From Candidatus Krumholzibacteriota bacterium (GTDB lineage Bacteria > Krumholzibacteriota > Krumholzibacteriia > LZORAL124-64-63), in assembly GCA_039714075.1 (NCBI GenBank), contig JBDLKA010000041.1:1-27943 (forward strand): DNA of 27,943 nucleotides, written 5' to 3'. The notes below the pieces were generated by a model. The model worked only from the letters and a program-made list of their open reading frames with translations, made no database searches and had not been told where the DNA came from. The position numbers were made by a program, and so were the translations under genes. This document shows positions 18,626 to 27,821 of this stretch, piece after piece; position 1 is the stretch's first letter; every line of letters begins with the position of its first letter.

Positions 18626-19480
18626 ATGATGGGCAAATCCATCAGTTTCCCCATGCGGGGCGAGTTGCTGACCCTCGCGGTCTGCGTCGCCCTTTCGGTG
18701 ACCCTTCTGGTTCTCCCGTCAGACACGCGGATCCTGGTCGCGGACCGCCTCGGTCTGGTCCTGACCTCGCCCTATTGGCAGGTGCGGGATTTCGGCCAGG
18801 ACGTATTGCGGACCCGTGACGACAACGCCTGGCTCAAGATGCGGGTGGCGGAGATGGAACTGTTGGCCGCCACCGGAGAGCGGATGCAGCGTGACGCGGG
18901 CCGGCTGGCCGGTCCCGCCCTGGACCCCGGGTACGACGGCGATCTTGTGCCCTGCCGTGTCGTCACCCGCCAGCGCGCCCGATTCGCCACCATGATCAAG
19001 GTCCACAGCCTGATTCCCGTTGCCTGGCGTCCCTGGCAACCCGTGATCTCCAGCGCGGGCTACTTGGGCCGGCTGCGGTCGGTGATCAGCGATCGCGAGG
19101 CCTGGGTGGAACTGATCACCGCCCCTGACTTCGCCCTGGGGGTGGAGATTGAACGGACCGGTCTGCTGGGGGTGATGCGTCCCCGCGGGGATCGTTTCGT
19201 GGTGGAAATGGTGGGCCGTGACGAGGATGTCCAGCCCGGTGACAAGGTGATCACCTCGGGTATTGCGGAAATCCGGGAAGGCGACGCCGACCCCGGCGGT
19301 GCCGCACTGACTCCCCGGGGATTCCCGGTGGGGACCATCGTGGAGACTTCCTCGCCATCCGACAAACTTTACAAGAGGATCGTGGTCGATCCGGCCGCCT
19401 CACTGCACTTCAACGAAACCGTGTTCGTGGTGACGCCGCTGGCGACCGGACCGGTATCCGGCGCGGGAGGAACGCCTTGA
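18626..19480 (+). CDS. mreC: Rod shape-determining protein MreC
   Basis: N-terminal TM segment, short coiled coil, and VQPGDKVITSG…PRGFPVGTI, located directly after mreB. Confidence 0.88.
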   Translation: MMGKSISFPMRGELLTLAVCVALSVTLLVLPSDTRILVADRLGLVLTSPYWQVRDFGQDVLRTRDDNAWLKMRVAEMELLAATGERMQRDAGRLAGPALDPGYDGDLVPCRVVTRQRARFATMIKVHSLIPVAWRPWQPVISSAGYLGRLRSVISDREAWVELITAPDFALGVEIERTGLLGVMRPRGDRFVVEMVGRDEDVQPGDKVITSGIAEIREGDADPGGAALTPRGFPVGTIVETSSPSDKLYKRIVVDPAASLHFNETVFVVTPLATGPVSGAGGTP

Positions 19481-19968
19481 GGTTCCATCTGCGCCTGATC
19501 AGCCTGTGTGCGGCGGTGGCCTTCGTGGGCGGCACCATGGTGGGCCCCCTGGTCTCCATCGCGGGTGTGGGCCCTGATTTCCCCATCATCGCCCTGGTCA
19601 TCCTTGCCCTGGCGGCCGGTTCCATTCCCGGGACAATCGCCGGTTTCATGCTGGGGCTGGTCCAGGATCTGTCCACGCCGACCCTGCTGGGATTGCAGGC
19701 CCTGTGCAAGACGGGGCTGGGGTTCGGTCTCGGCCGGTTGCGCGGCCGTCTCATCCACGGCATGCCGCTGGTGGAGGCCACCGTTATCGCCATTGCCGTG
19801 GTGGCCCACGATCTGGTCTTCCTGGTGATCCAGGCCAGCATGTTCGCCGACGGCGATTTCCTTTCCCTGTTCACCAGGACCCTGCCCTCGGCCGTGTACA
19901 CCGGTCTGGTGGGGATTCCGCTGCTGCGGGTGGCGGATTACCTGGGCCTTTTGCGCCAGGAGGATTGA
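19477..19968 (+). CDS. mreD: Rod shape-determining protein MreD
   Basis: Hydrophobic 163 aa with PDFPII and GFMLGLVQD, lying between mreC and mrdA. Confidence 0.88.
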   Translation: MRFHLRLISLCAAVAFVGGTMVGPLVSIAGVGPDFPIIALVILALAAGSIPGTIAGFMLGLVQDLSTPTLLGLQALCKTGLGFGLGRLRGRLIHGMPLVEATVIAIAVVAHDLVFLVIQASMFADGDFLSLFTRTLPSAVYTGLVGIPLLRVADYLGLLRQED

Positions 19969-19969
19969 C

Positions 19970-21763
19970 GTGGCGGAACGGGAACACCTCATTCGCCGGG
20001 GAATTTTCCGGACCGTGGTGATCATTCTGTTCCTGATCCTCGTCGGCAACATTTTCGTGATGATGGTTCCGCAGCACGCCTACTACAAGGACCAGGCCCT
20101 GAAGAATCGCCAGGTCCGGTTCCGGGTGCGGGCGCCCCGGGGGCTGATCAAGGACCGGAACGGGATCATCCTGGCGGACAACACCTACATCGCCGACATC
20201 ACCGTGCCCGGAAGCTCCCTGGGATCCGCCGGCCCGGATACCACCCTGTCCCGGCTCATCAACTGGTTCGACCTTCCCCGCGAAGACACGCTGCAGCGGC
20301 TCCGGGAGCAGAAGGAAGCCGGCGGCCGCGGCGGCCTGGTCCTGGTTTCCAATGCCACCATGCCCCAGATCGCCGCCGTCGAGGAGCGGGGGCGGCAACT
20401 GCCCGGAGTGCGGGTGGAGGCGCGGCCGCGCCGGCGATACCTCTTCGGCGAATTGTTCGCCCATGTCATCGGCTACGTGGGTGAGGTCGTGACCGCCGAC
20501 CTGGATACCACCGGGGAAAGCACCGGTTACAAGATCGGCGACATGATCGGCAAACAGGGTGCCGAGACCGCCCTGGAAGACCGGCTGCGGGGCGGCAGCG
20601 GGACCAAGCTGGAGGAGGTCAACGCGTCCGGGCGTGTGGTCGGAAGGCGCCCGGTCTGGTTGCAGGAGGTGACGCCCGGCCTGGATGTGACACTGTCCAT
20701 TTCCCTGGAGTATCAACACCGCATGGCCGAGGCCATCGGGGAGCGCACGGCCTGCGGCGTGGCTTTGGATACACGCACGGGCGAGGTGCTGGCCGCCTTC
20801 AGCCATCCCGCTTTTGATCCCAACCTCATGACCGTTCCGATCACCGCCGACCAGTGGAACGACCTTTCCGGCAACCCCGACAAGCCCTTTTTCAACCGCA
20901 TCGTGCAGGCCACTTACCCGCCCGCGTCGCTGTACAAACCGGTGACCTCCCTGGCGGGCCTGGCCAACGGCGTCATCGGCACCTCCTCCGTCCTCGAACC
21001 CTGTCTGGGGGGGTGGAGTTTCGGCAATCGCTATTTCCGCTGCTGGAAACGGGCCGGGCACGGGCTGGTGGACCACACCGAAGCCATCGTGCAGTCCTGC
21101 GACACCTTCTATTACCAGTTGGGCCTGCGGCTGGAGATCGATCAACTGGCCGCCGCCGCCCGTTCCCTGGGCCTGGGCCGTGTCTGCACCAACATCTTCG
21201 CCGACGAAGCGGCGGGCAACATTCCGGACACCGCCTGGTACGACAAGAGATTCGGCAAGGGCAAGTGGACTCGGGGCGTTCTTCTCAACAACTCCATCGG
21301 GCAGGGAGAGATATTGGTGACCCCCATCCAGATGGCCCTGCTCACGGCGCGACTCGCCACTTCGGGCAAAACTCCCGACCCCGTGTTCGTCGTCAACCCC
21401 CGCAGCCCGGCCAAAATGCCCGAGGCCCTGCCTTATCGGGAAAGGGATCTGGCCTGGGTCCGTCGTTCCATGGAACTTACGGTTTCCGAGGGGACCGGCA
21501 AGGCAGCGGCCCTCGATTCAATCGCCGTGGCCGGGAAAACGGGCACGGCCCAGAATCCTCATGGGGATGACCACGCCTGGTTCATGTGTTTCGCTCCCGT
21601 CGGGGATCCCCAGGTCGCCATGGTGGTCATCGTCGAAAACGCGGGTCACGGCAGCAGCGAGGCCGCCCCGGTGGCGGGGCAATGGTTACGGACGTTTTTC
21701 GCGGAGGGGGATTCCCTGTCGCCTCCGCCTTCGCCGGTCACGACCAACGGCAGGGGGCACTGA
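19970..21763 (+). CDS. mrdA: Penicillin-binding protein 2 (transpeptidase)
   Basis: APRGLIKDRNG, YPPASLYKP (SxxK), SCD and KTGTAQ. Confidence 0.95.
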   Translation: MAEREHLIRRGIFRTVVIILFLILVGNIFVMMVPQHAYYKDQALKNRQVRFRVRAPRGLIKDRNGIILADNTYIADITVPGSSLGSAGPDTTLSRLINWFDLPREDTLQRLREQKEAGGRGGLVLVSNATMPQIAAVEERGRQLPGVRVEARPRRRYLFGELFAHVIGYVGEVVTADLDTTGESTGYKIGDMIGKQGAETALEDRLRGGSGTKLEEVNASGRVVGRRPVWLQEVTPGLDVTLSISLEYQHRMAEAIGERTACGVALDTRTGEVLAAFSHPAFDPNLMTVPITADQWNDLSGNPDKPFFNRIVQATYPPASLYKPVTSLAGLANGVIGTSSVLEPCLGGWSFGNRYFRCWKRAGHGLVDHTEAIVQSCDTFYYQLGLRLEIDQLAAAARSLGLGRVCTNIFADEAAGNIPDTAWYDKRFGKGKWTRGVLLNNSIGQGEILVTPIQMALLTARLATSGKTPDPVFVVNPRSPAKMPEALPYRERDLAWVRRSMELTVSEGTGKAAALDSIAVAGKTGTAQNPHGDDHAWFMCFAPVGDPQVAMVVIVENAGHGSSEAAPVAGQWLRTFFAEGDSLSPPPSPVTTNGRGH

Positions 21764-23034
21764 TGTCGTTCCTCTCGTTTCTTTTTCCTCCGGGGGACCG
21801 CTGGATATTCCTGGCCTGGATCCTGTTGTGCCTGATCAGCCTGGCCGTCCTGTGGTCGGTGACCGAACCGATCCACGGTCCCTATCACCAGCTGGATCCC
21901 GGAGTGGCCAAAGGCATCTTTTTCCGCCAGGTCTTCTGGGCGGTGATCGGCTACATGGCCCTGCTGGTGGCTTCACGGGTGCCCTTGAGGTACCTGGACA
22001 ACATCGCCATTCCCCTGTTCCTGTTCACGGTGGTTCTGCTGGTTTTCATTCTGCTGGCGGGACCGGTCATCGGCGGCGCCCGGCGTTGGCTGGCCATCGG
22101 GCCGATCCGCTTCCAGCCTTCCGAGCTGGCCAAGGTCACCTTCATCCTGGTGACCGCCAACATCCTGGGCCGGTCCGTGGAGGAGGGCCGGGGGCTGGTG
22201 GCCGCCATGGTCTCGTTCCTGGTGATGGCCGTGCCCATGGTTCTGGTCCTGCGGGAACCGGACCTGGGTACGAGCCTGGTGTTCCTGGCGGTGTGGGTGG
22301 GGATGGTATTCTGGTACGGCTTCCCCGGGGTCCTGCTGCTCGGGGCCGGCAGTGCGGCGATCAGCGCGGTGATCATGTTCTATTCCGAATCCGTGGCCAA
22401 GGAAGCCTGGCCCTGGGGTCTGTATGTCCTGTTGATCCTGGTGGTCCTGTATTTCATGCGCCTGAGCATCCTGTCCAAGGTCGTGCTGCTGGCGGTCAAT
22501 ATCGGTTTCGGGATCGGTATCCCGTTCTTCTGGGAAAAGCTCAAGGGTTATCAGCAGGAAAGAATCCTGACCTTCTTCGATCCCAGCCGGGATGCTTTCG
22601 GCAGCGGTTACCAGGCCATCCAGTCCAAGGTGGCGATCGGGTCCGGCGGCCTTTTCGGGACCCACTATCTCCAGGGCACGCAGAAGGGCCTGGCCTTTTT
22701 GCCTGAACGGCATACGGATTTTATTTTTTCGGTGGTGGGCGAAGAGCTCGGTTTCTTCGGCGCCGTGATCCTGCTGGGGTTGTTTCTGGTCATCATCCTG
22801 CGCGGCATCGATTACGGCGCCGCCGCGCGCCGGCCCTTCGGCCGTTTCGTCGCCATTGGCGTGGTGACCTATTTCACCTTTCATGTGGTGGTCAACGTGG
22901 CCATCACGACCGGCCTGCTGCCGGTGACGGGGCTGCCCCTGCCCCTGATCAGTTACGGGGGGTCCAATCTTCTGGTAAGTTCCCTGCTGCTGGGGTTGCT
23001 GCTGAACGTCAGTTCGCGCACATTTGAAAATTGA
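21763..23034 (+). CDS. rodA: SEDS peptidoglycan glycosyltransferase RodA
   Basis: GARRWL, FQPSELAK, EPDLGT, LPERHTDFIF and PLISYGGS. TGATG coupling with mrdA. Confidence 0.95.
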   Translation: MSFLSFLFPPGDRWIFLAWILLCLISLAVLWSVTEPIHGPYHQLDPGVAKGIFFRQVFWAVIGYMALLVASRVPLRYLDNIAIPLFLFTVVLLVFILLAGPVIGGARRWLAIGPIRFQPSELAKVTFILVTANILGRSVEEGRGLVAAMVSFLVMAVPMVLVLREPDLGTSLVFLAVWVGMVFWYGFPGVLLLGAGSAAISAVIMFYSESVAKEAWPWGLYVLLILVVLYFMRLSILSKVVLLAVNIGFGIGIPFFWEKLKGYQQERILTFFDPSRDAFGSGYQAIQSKVAIGSGGLFGTHYLQGTQKGLAFLPERHTDFIFSVVGEELGFFGAVILLGLFLVIILRGIDYGAAARRPFGRFVAIGVVTYFTFHVVVNVAITTGLLPVTGLPLPLISYGGSNLLVSSLLLGLLLNVSSRTFEN

Positions 23035-23038
23035 CACC

Positions 23039-23092
23039 GCATTGGTCCCGCATTGGTCCAGCATTGGTCCAGCATTGGTCCAGCAAGGTCCC
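23039..23092. repeat. 11-bp tandem repeat GCATTGGTCC(A/C), four copies plus one degenerate copy
   Basis: GCATTGGTCCC GCATTGGTCCA GCATTGGTCCA GCATTGGTCCA GCAAGGTCCC read directly between rodA and lgt. Confidence 0.95.
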
Positions 23093-23111
23093 GCTATCCT
23101 GAAAGGGCGGC

Positions 23112-23885
23112 ATGTACCCTGAAATATTCGGTATCGTGAAATCCTACGGGCTGATGATGGCCATCAGTTTCGTTCTGGGATTCTGGTTGAGCGTGGTGCG
23201 GGGCAGGAAGCACGATCTGTCCTCGGAGGTCATCCTCGACCTGGTGTTCGGGGTGTTCATTTCGAGCCTCATCGGTGTCCGCCTGATGTTCGTCCTGACC
23301 CACCTGGAGGAATTCCATCCCTGGTACCGGGTCTTCTTCATCTGGGACGGGGGACTGACCCTGTACGGCGGCATCATCCTGGCCACCTTGACGGTCTGGT
23401 TCATGACCCGCCGGCGCGGCATCCCCTTCCTGGTCATGGCGGACATCTTTTCGCCGGGGGTCATCCTGGGGATCGGCATCACGCGCATCGGCTGTTACCT
23501 GGCCGGCTGCTGTTTCGGCAACCCCACCGATTGCGCCTGCGGCATCACCTTCCCTGCCGATGCATCGCCCTCACTGCACTTCGGCCAGGTTCCGGTTCTG
23601 CCTTCCCAGCTTTTCGGGTCCGCCGGCGGCTTCATCGTTTTTGCCCTGTTGCTGGTGCTGGAAAGATTCTCCAACTACCGGGGCGCGACTTTCGGCAGGT
23701 TCCTGCTGCTTTATGGTCTGTCGCGTTTTGTCGTCGATTTTTCCCGCTACTACGAACCCGAACAGATCATGCAGTTCGGTTTGACCAACAACCAGTGGAT
23801 CAGCATGGGAATGATGGCGGCAGGTTTGACCGCCATGGTCGCTTTCGCCCGCCTGGCCCGAAAGAACGAGCAGAGCCGTGACTGA
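23112..23885 (+). CDS. lgt: Prolipoprotein diacylglyceryl transferase
   Basis: SYGLMM, IWDGGLTLYGG, RIGCYLAGCCFG, PSQL and YGLSRFVVDFSR. Confidence 0.9.
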   Translation: MYPEIFGIVKSYGLMMAISFVLGFWLSVVRGRKHDLSSEVILDLVFGVFISSLIGVRLMFVLTHLEEFHPWYRVFFIWDGGLTLYGGIILATLTVWFMTRRRGIPFLVMADIFSPGVILGIGITRIGCYLAGCCFGNPTDCACGITFPADASPSLHFGQVPVLPSQLFGSAGGFIVFALLLVLERFSNYRGATFGRFLLLYGLSRFVVDFSRYYEPEQIMQFGLTNNQWISMGMMAAGLTAMVAFARLARKNEQSRD

Positions 23886-24753
23886 TATCCTGGAACTGGG
23901 AGCCGAAGGCTGGTTGCGGAACGGGGAAGTCTGGCAGCCCCTGCGCCCTTTCTATGGAGTGATGGGCAACCCGGTCGGCCACTCCCTTTCCCCCGCCATG
24001 CAGAACGCCGCCCTCATCGAACGGGAAATCGATGCCGAGTACCTGGCCATCCGCATGGAGCCGGGCCGGCTGCGCCACCTCAAGGACGGGGAGGCTTCCC
24101 GTTTCCTGGCCGGTTTCAACGTCACCGCGCCGCTGAAGGAAGCCGTGGCGGCCCTGTGTGACGGCCGCACCGACCAGGCCCGGGATACCGGGGCGGTCAA
24201 TACGGTTCGTCTCGATGAGGGAAAGTGGCTGGGCCACAATACGGACAGTGGCGGAATCCTGACGGTCCTGTCTCAGGCCTGGCCGGGCGAATCCCCTCCC
24301 GCCAGGGCCGTCGTGCTGGGCGCCGGCGGCAGCGCGCGGGCCGCGGTGGACGCCCTGGTGCGATGGGAGGTGCCCGGAGTAGAGGTCAAGAACCGGTCGC
24401 AGGGGGGGCGGGACCGGATCACGCGCTGGCTGGCCGACCGCGGGCTGTCCGCAGCGGTCAAGGTCGGTCCCCTGGTCGCGGACGGGGAACCCGTGCCCGA
24501 GGTACCCACCGTCTGGATCTGCTGCCTGGCGTCCGAGGTGGCGACATCGCCCTTTCTGCCGGTGGCTTCGGGGGCGGACCGGTCCCTGCTGCTGGATCTG
24601 CGGTACGGGAACCAACTGCCCGCCGGGGATCCTCCCCTCGGATTCATCCACCTAGACGGTTTGCCTGTCCTGCTGATGCAGGGAGGCCTTTCCTTCGCCT
24701 GGTGGTTCGGCCCGCCGGTGCCCTGGAACGCGATGCGCGGCGCCCTGGATTGA
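23878..24753 (+). CDS. aroE: Shikimate dehydrogenase
   Basis: GNPVGHSLSP, FNVTAPLKE, GAVNTV, GHNTD and GAGGSARA. Confidence 0.9.
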   Translation: MTDILELGAEGWLRNGEVWQPLRPFYGVMGNPVGHSLSPAMQNAALIEREIDAEYLAIRMEPGRLRHLKDGEASRFLAGFNVTAPLKEAVAALCDGRTDQARDTGAVNTVRLDEGKWLGHNTDSGGILTVLSQAWPGESPPARAVVLGAGGSARAAVDALVRWEVPGVEVKNRSQGGRDRITRWLADRGLSAAVKVGPLVADGEPVPEVPTVWICCLASEVATSPFLPVASGADRSLLLDLRYGNQLPAGDPPLGFIHLDGLPVLLMQGGLSFAWWFGPPVPWNAMRGALD

Positions 24754-24808
24754 TCCCGCCGGATGCCCGGCGACATTCTTCGACAACCTCCCGGTTGGGT
24801 GCGGACGC

Positions 24809-25600
24809 ATGGGCCCGCTTGCCTGGTTGACGACAGCCCTGTTGGAAGTGGTCTATCCCGAACGCTGTTTTCTTTGCGGCGCGATGCGGGGGGAAACATC
24901 CTGGGAGACGTGCGGCTGCCGGGTGGCGGGACTGCGTTTCTGGGACGAGGCGCATCTGTGCCGCTCATGCTCCGGGACGTTGGTTGCCGAAACGGTCACC
25001 GGGGTGGTGGGCCAGGGGCACGCCGGCTGCCTCAAGGTGGCCGCCGCCTCGGCAACCCATGCCGACCTGGTGAAACTGGTCGGCGGGTTCAAGTATCACG
25101 GCCTCCGGGGGCTTGCCTGGCCTCTGGCCCGGCGGCTGCGGAACCCCCTGGTACGGGCCCAAGGGTCGGTCGGACACGTCGACGCCCTGGTTCCGGTCCC
25201 CCTGCATGCCCGCCGCCGCCGGGTCCGGGGCTTCAACCAGGCGGAAATCCTGGCCCGCCTCGTGGGGGCCGAGTCGGATCTCCCGGTTTTGGCCGATGTG
25301 CTGGTGCGTCGGCGCAATACGGGGCAGCAGGCCAGGATCGGTTCGGTCGCCAAGCGCCGCCGGAACCTGACGAACTGTTACCGGGCCGGTCCGCCCGTGG
25401 AGACAAGGGGGGACCGGGGCAGGGGATTCCGCCGGATCGGATTGGTGGACGACCTGGTAACCAGCGGCTGGACCGCGGTTGCGGCCGCCGCTACCTTGAG
25501 GGCATCGGGTTGGGAGGTTGCCTGGGTTTTGACCCTGGGCCTGGCCGCCAAGGCCAGAAACCCGACCAGCAATATTGACACCTGGGTGGACGGTTTCTAG
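24809..25600 (+). CDS. comF: ComF-family phosphoribosyltransferase-like protein
   Basis: N-terminal CxxC…CxxC, FKYHG, VPVPLH…RGFNQAE and LVDDLVTSGWT. Confidence 0.9.
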   Translation: MGPLAWLTTALLEVVYPERCFLCGAMRGETSWETCGCRVAGLRFWDEAHLCRSCSGTLVAETVTGVVGQGHAGCLKVAAASATHADLVKLVGGFKYHGLRGLAWPLARRLRNPLVRAQGSVGHVDALVPVPLHARRRRVRGFNQAEILARLVGAESDLPVLADVLVRRRNTGQQARIGSVAKRRRNLTNCYRAGPPVETRGDRGRGFRRIGLVDDLVTSGWTAVAAAATLRASGWEVAWVLTLGLAAKARNPTSNIDTWVDGF

Positions 25601-25603
25601 AAT
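25575..25603 (+). promoter_or_regulatory. Sigma70-type promoter for pgk
   Basis: TTGACA-17 nt-TAGAAT, with the -10 box overlapping the comF stop codon. Confidence 0.75.
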
Positions 25604-25663
25604 AACCGGTGCTAGGGTGGGGAGCTCGATCCGGCCAGGCCGGTTCCAACCAGGTGGAGTGAC

Positions 25664-26863
25664 ATGGCGACCAAAATGTCTTTGACCGAATTCGATCCCG
25701 CGGGGCTGAAGGTGCTGATGCGCGTTGATTTCAACGTGCCGCTGGACAGTAGCCGCAATATCACCGACGACACGCGGATCAGGGCGGCGCTGCAGTCGAT
25801 CAGGAAGATCACCGGGGGTGGGGGCAGCGTCATCCTCATGAGCCACCTGGGACGCCCCAAGGGAGTCATCGATCCCGCCCTGTCCCTGCGACCGGTGGCC
25901 GACCGTCTGGCCGAACTGGTCGCAGCGCCGGTCAGGTTCGCCCTCGACACTGTCGGACCCGATGCGGTGAACCAGTCGGCAACCCTGGCTCCGGGTGAAA
26001 TCCTGCTGCTGGAAAACCTGCGGTTCAACCCCGGCGAGACGGGGAACGATCCCGGCTTCTCCTCGGGTCTGGCCGTTCTCGGCGACACCTATGTCAACGA
26101 TGCTTTCGGCACCGCCCATCGCGCCCACAGTTCCACCGTCGGCGTCACGAAATATTTCGAAGCCTGCCGGGCGGGTTTTCTGATGGAGAAGGAACTGAAA
26201 TTTCTCGGTTCGCTGATGGCCGATTCCGCGTCTCCGTTCGTCGCCGTACTCGGTGGCGCCAAGGTGGCCGGCAAGGTGGACGTGATTCTCAATCTCCTGG
26301 ACAAGGTGGACACGCTTCTTCTGGGCGGGGGCATGATCTTCACCTTCCTCAAGGTCCACGGTTTGAACATCGGCAACAGTCTGCTTGACGAGGAGAGTCT
26401 CGAAGTCGCCCGGGAAATCCTGGATAAATCCCGGGCCAGCAGGACGCGCTTCGTCCTGCCGGAGGATTGCGTGGTGGCGGACGCCTTCGCCGAAAAGGCC
26501 GCCAAGAAGAACTGCCTCGTGACCGATATCCCCGCCGACTGGATGGGGCTCGACATCGGGCCCAAGACGGTGGCCATGTACCGGGAGATCCTGGCGGGTG
26601 CCGGGTCGGTTTTCTGGAACGGGCCGATGGGGGTCTTCGAATTGCCGTCGTTCGCCCACGGGACCAATGCCGTAGCCGAGGCCATTGCCTCCGCCACCGA
26701 TGCCGGGGCCGTCAGCGTGGTGGGCGGGGGCGACAGCGTGGCCGCCCTCAACCAGGTGGAATTGGCCGGGCGGATCAGCCATGTCTCGACCGGCGGGGGC
26801 GCTTCGCTGGAGTTCATGGCGGGCCGCCAATTACCCGGGATCGCCGCCTTGACCGACGGTTGA
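25664..26863 (+). CDS. pgk: Phosphoglycerate kinase
   Basis: RVDFNVP, SHLGRP, LLENLRF, DAFGTAHRAH, WNGPMGVFE and STGGGASLE. Confidence 0.98.
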   Translation: MATKMSLTEFDPAGLKVLMRVDFNVPLDSSRNITDDTRIRAALQSIRKITGGGGSVILMSHLGRPKGVIDPALSLRPVADRLAELVAAPVRFALDTVGPDAVNQSATLAPGEILLLENLRFNPGETGNDPGFSSGLAVLGDTYVNDAFGTAHRAHSSTVGVTKYFEACRAGFLMEKELKFLGSLMADSASPFVAVLGGAKVAGKVDVILNLLDKVDTLLLGGGMIFTFLKVHGLNIGNSLLDEESLEVAREILDKSRASRTRFVLPEDCVVADAFAEKAAKKNCLVTDIPADWMGLDIGPKTVAMYREILAGAGSVFWNGPMGVFELPSFAHGTNAVAEAIASATDAGAVSVVGGGDSVAALNQVELAGRISHVSTGGGASLEFMAGRQLPGIAALTDG

Positions 26864-26944
26864 GGGCCGCAAAGACGGCATTGGCGGCCGTTCCGTTGCC
26901 CGGGACCGTCCCCAGGACCCCTTCCCTCCGTTGTATCAGGCGGT

Positions 26945-26973
26945 TTGACAACCTGAAAGACGGGTGTTAATTT
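26945..26973 (+). promoter_or_regulatory. Sigma70-type promoter for secG and the tRNA
   Basis: TTGACA-17 nt-TAATTT, with a TG extended -10 element. Confidence 0.6.
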
Positions 26974-27051
26974 ACCCGTCCCTTGCCGGTTGGGCTCGTG
27001 CCGAACCGGTGGCACCTTTACGACCTGCGACAGCCCCGGGAGCTGAACGGA

Positions 27052-27480
27052 ATGCTGTATTCATTGTTGGTTATCATTCACATTTTGATCTGCATCGTCC
27101 TGGCGCTGGTCGTTCTGATGCAGTCCAGCAAGGGCGGCGGCCTGGCCGGAGCCTTTGGCGGAGCCGGTGGCGCGCCCCAGCAGCTTCTGGGCTCGCGGGG
27201 CATGACGACCCTGCTCCACAAGATGACCATCTATCTGGCGGTGGCTTTTTTCATTTCCAGTTTTCTTCTTTTCATGGTCGATACCAGTGGCAGCCCCCGT
27301 GGCGGCACCAGTGTCGTCGGTGACGCCGCCCGCGAAGGTGAGCTCAACGTCCCGCTGCAGGAGAATCCCCTCGAGGATGTTCCCGTGCAGGAATCCCAGC
27401 CGGCTCCCGCCGAAGTCCCGGCCGGTCAGGGCAGCGAACAGACCACTGAAGAAGCCACCACCGAAGGCGGCGGCAATTGA
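27052..27480 (+). CDS. secG: Preprotein translocase subunit SecG
   Basis: VLMQSSKGGGLAGAFGG, two TM helices and an acidic tail, followed by tRNA-Leu. Confidence 0.95.
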   Translation: MLYSLLVIIHILICIVLALVVLMQSSKGGGLAGAFGGAGGAPQQLLGSRGMTTLLHKMTIYLAVAFFISSFLLFMVDTSGSPRGGTSVVGDAAREGELNVPLQENPLEDVPVQESQPAPAEVPAGQGSEQTTEEATTEGGGN

Positions 27481-27502
27481 TCAGGCTGCGAAACGGCAAT
27501 GG

Positions 27503-27588
27503 GCCCGGGTGGTGGAATTGGTAGACACGCTATCTTGAGGGGGTAGTGGCCACAAACCGTGCGGGTTCGAATCCCGCCCCGGGCACCA
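27503..27588 (+). tRNA. tRNA-Leu (anticodon GAG)
   Basis: GCCCGGG/CCCGGGC acceptor stem, GGAATTGGTAGAC D-arm, CTATC-TTGAGGG-GGTAG anticodon arm, long variable arm, GGTTCGAATCC T-arm and encoded CCA. Confidence 0.97.
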
Positions 27589-27605
27589 TTCATCCTGAAG
27601 AAATC

Positions 27606-27638
27606 GGAAACTGTCCCCGGACAGTTTCCTTTTTTTTT
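27606..27638 (+). terminator. Rho-independent terminator after tRNA-Leu
   Basis: GGAAACTGTC-CCCG-GACAGTTTCC followed by T9. Confidence 0.92.
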
Positions 27639-27639
27639 G

Positions 27640-27669
27640 TTGACACAATTTTGAAAGGATCGAAATAAT
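27640..27669 (+). promoter_or_regulatory. Putative sigma70 promoter for the terminal gene
   Basis: TTGACA-18 nt-AATAAT immediately after the terminator T tract. Confidence 0.45.
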
Positions 27670-27821
27670 GGCTCTACTTCAGCTGGCAGCCTGACGCCAG
27701 TCGAAGGTGTTAGCAACATCCGAGACAGGAGGTCTTGCTCGGAACCCACTGGGTGCGGGGTCCGGGTGGACGCAGGAACTCTCAACAAGCGAGGTCCGGT
27801 ATGGAGGAGAGAGATGCCTTG

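Noticed and set aside
23039..23092. Possible CRISPR array
   Set aside because: The units are 11 bp and contiguous with no spacers, and there are no cas genes.
24965..26830. 621-aa antisense ORF over comF/pgk, and similar ones at 3634-4950, 19871-21145 and 21973-23064
   Set aside because: Antisense shadows of well-conserved genes, with no recognisable domains.
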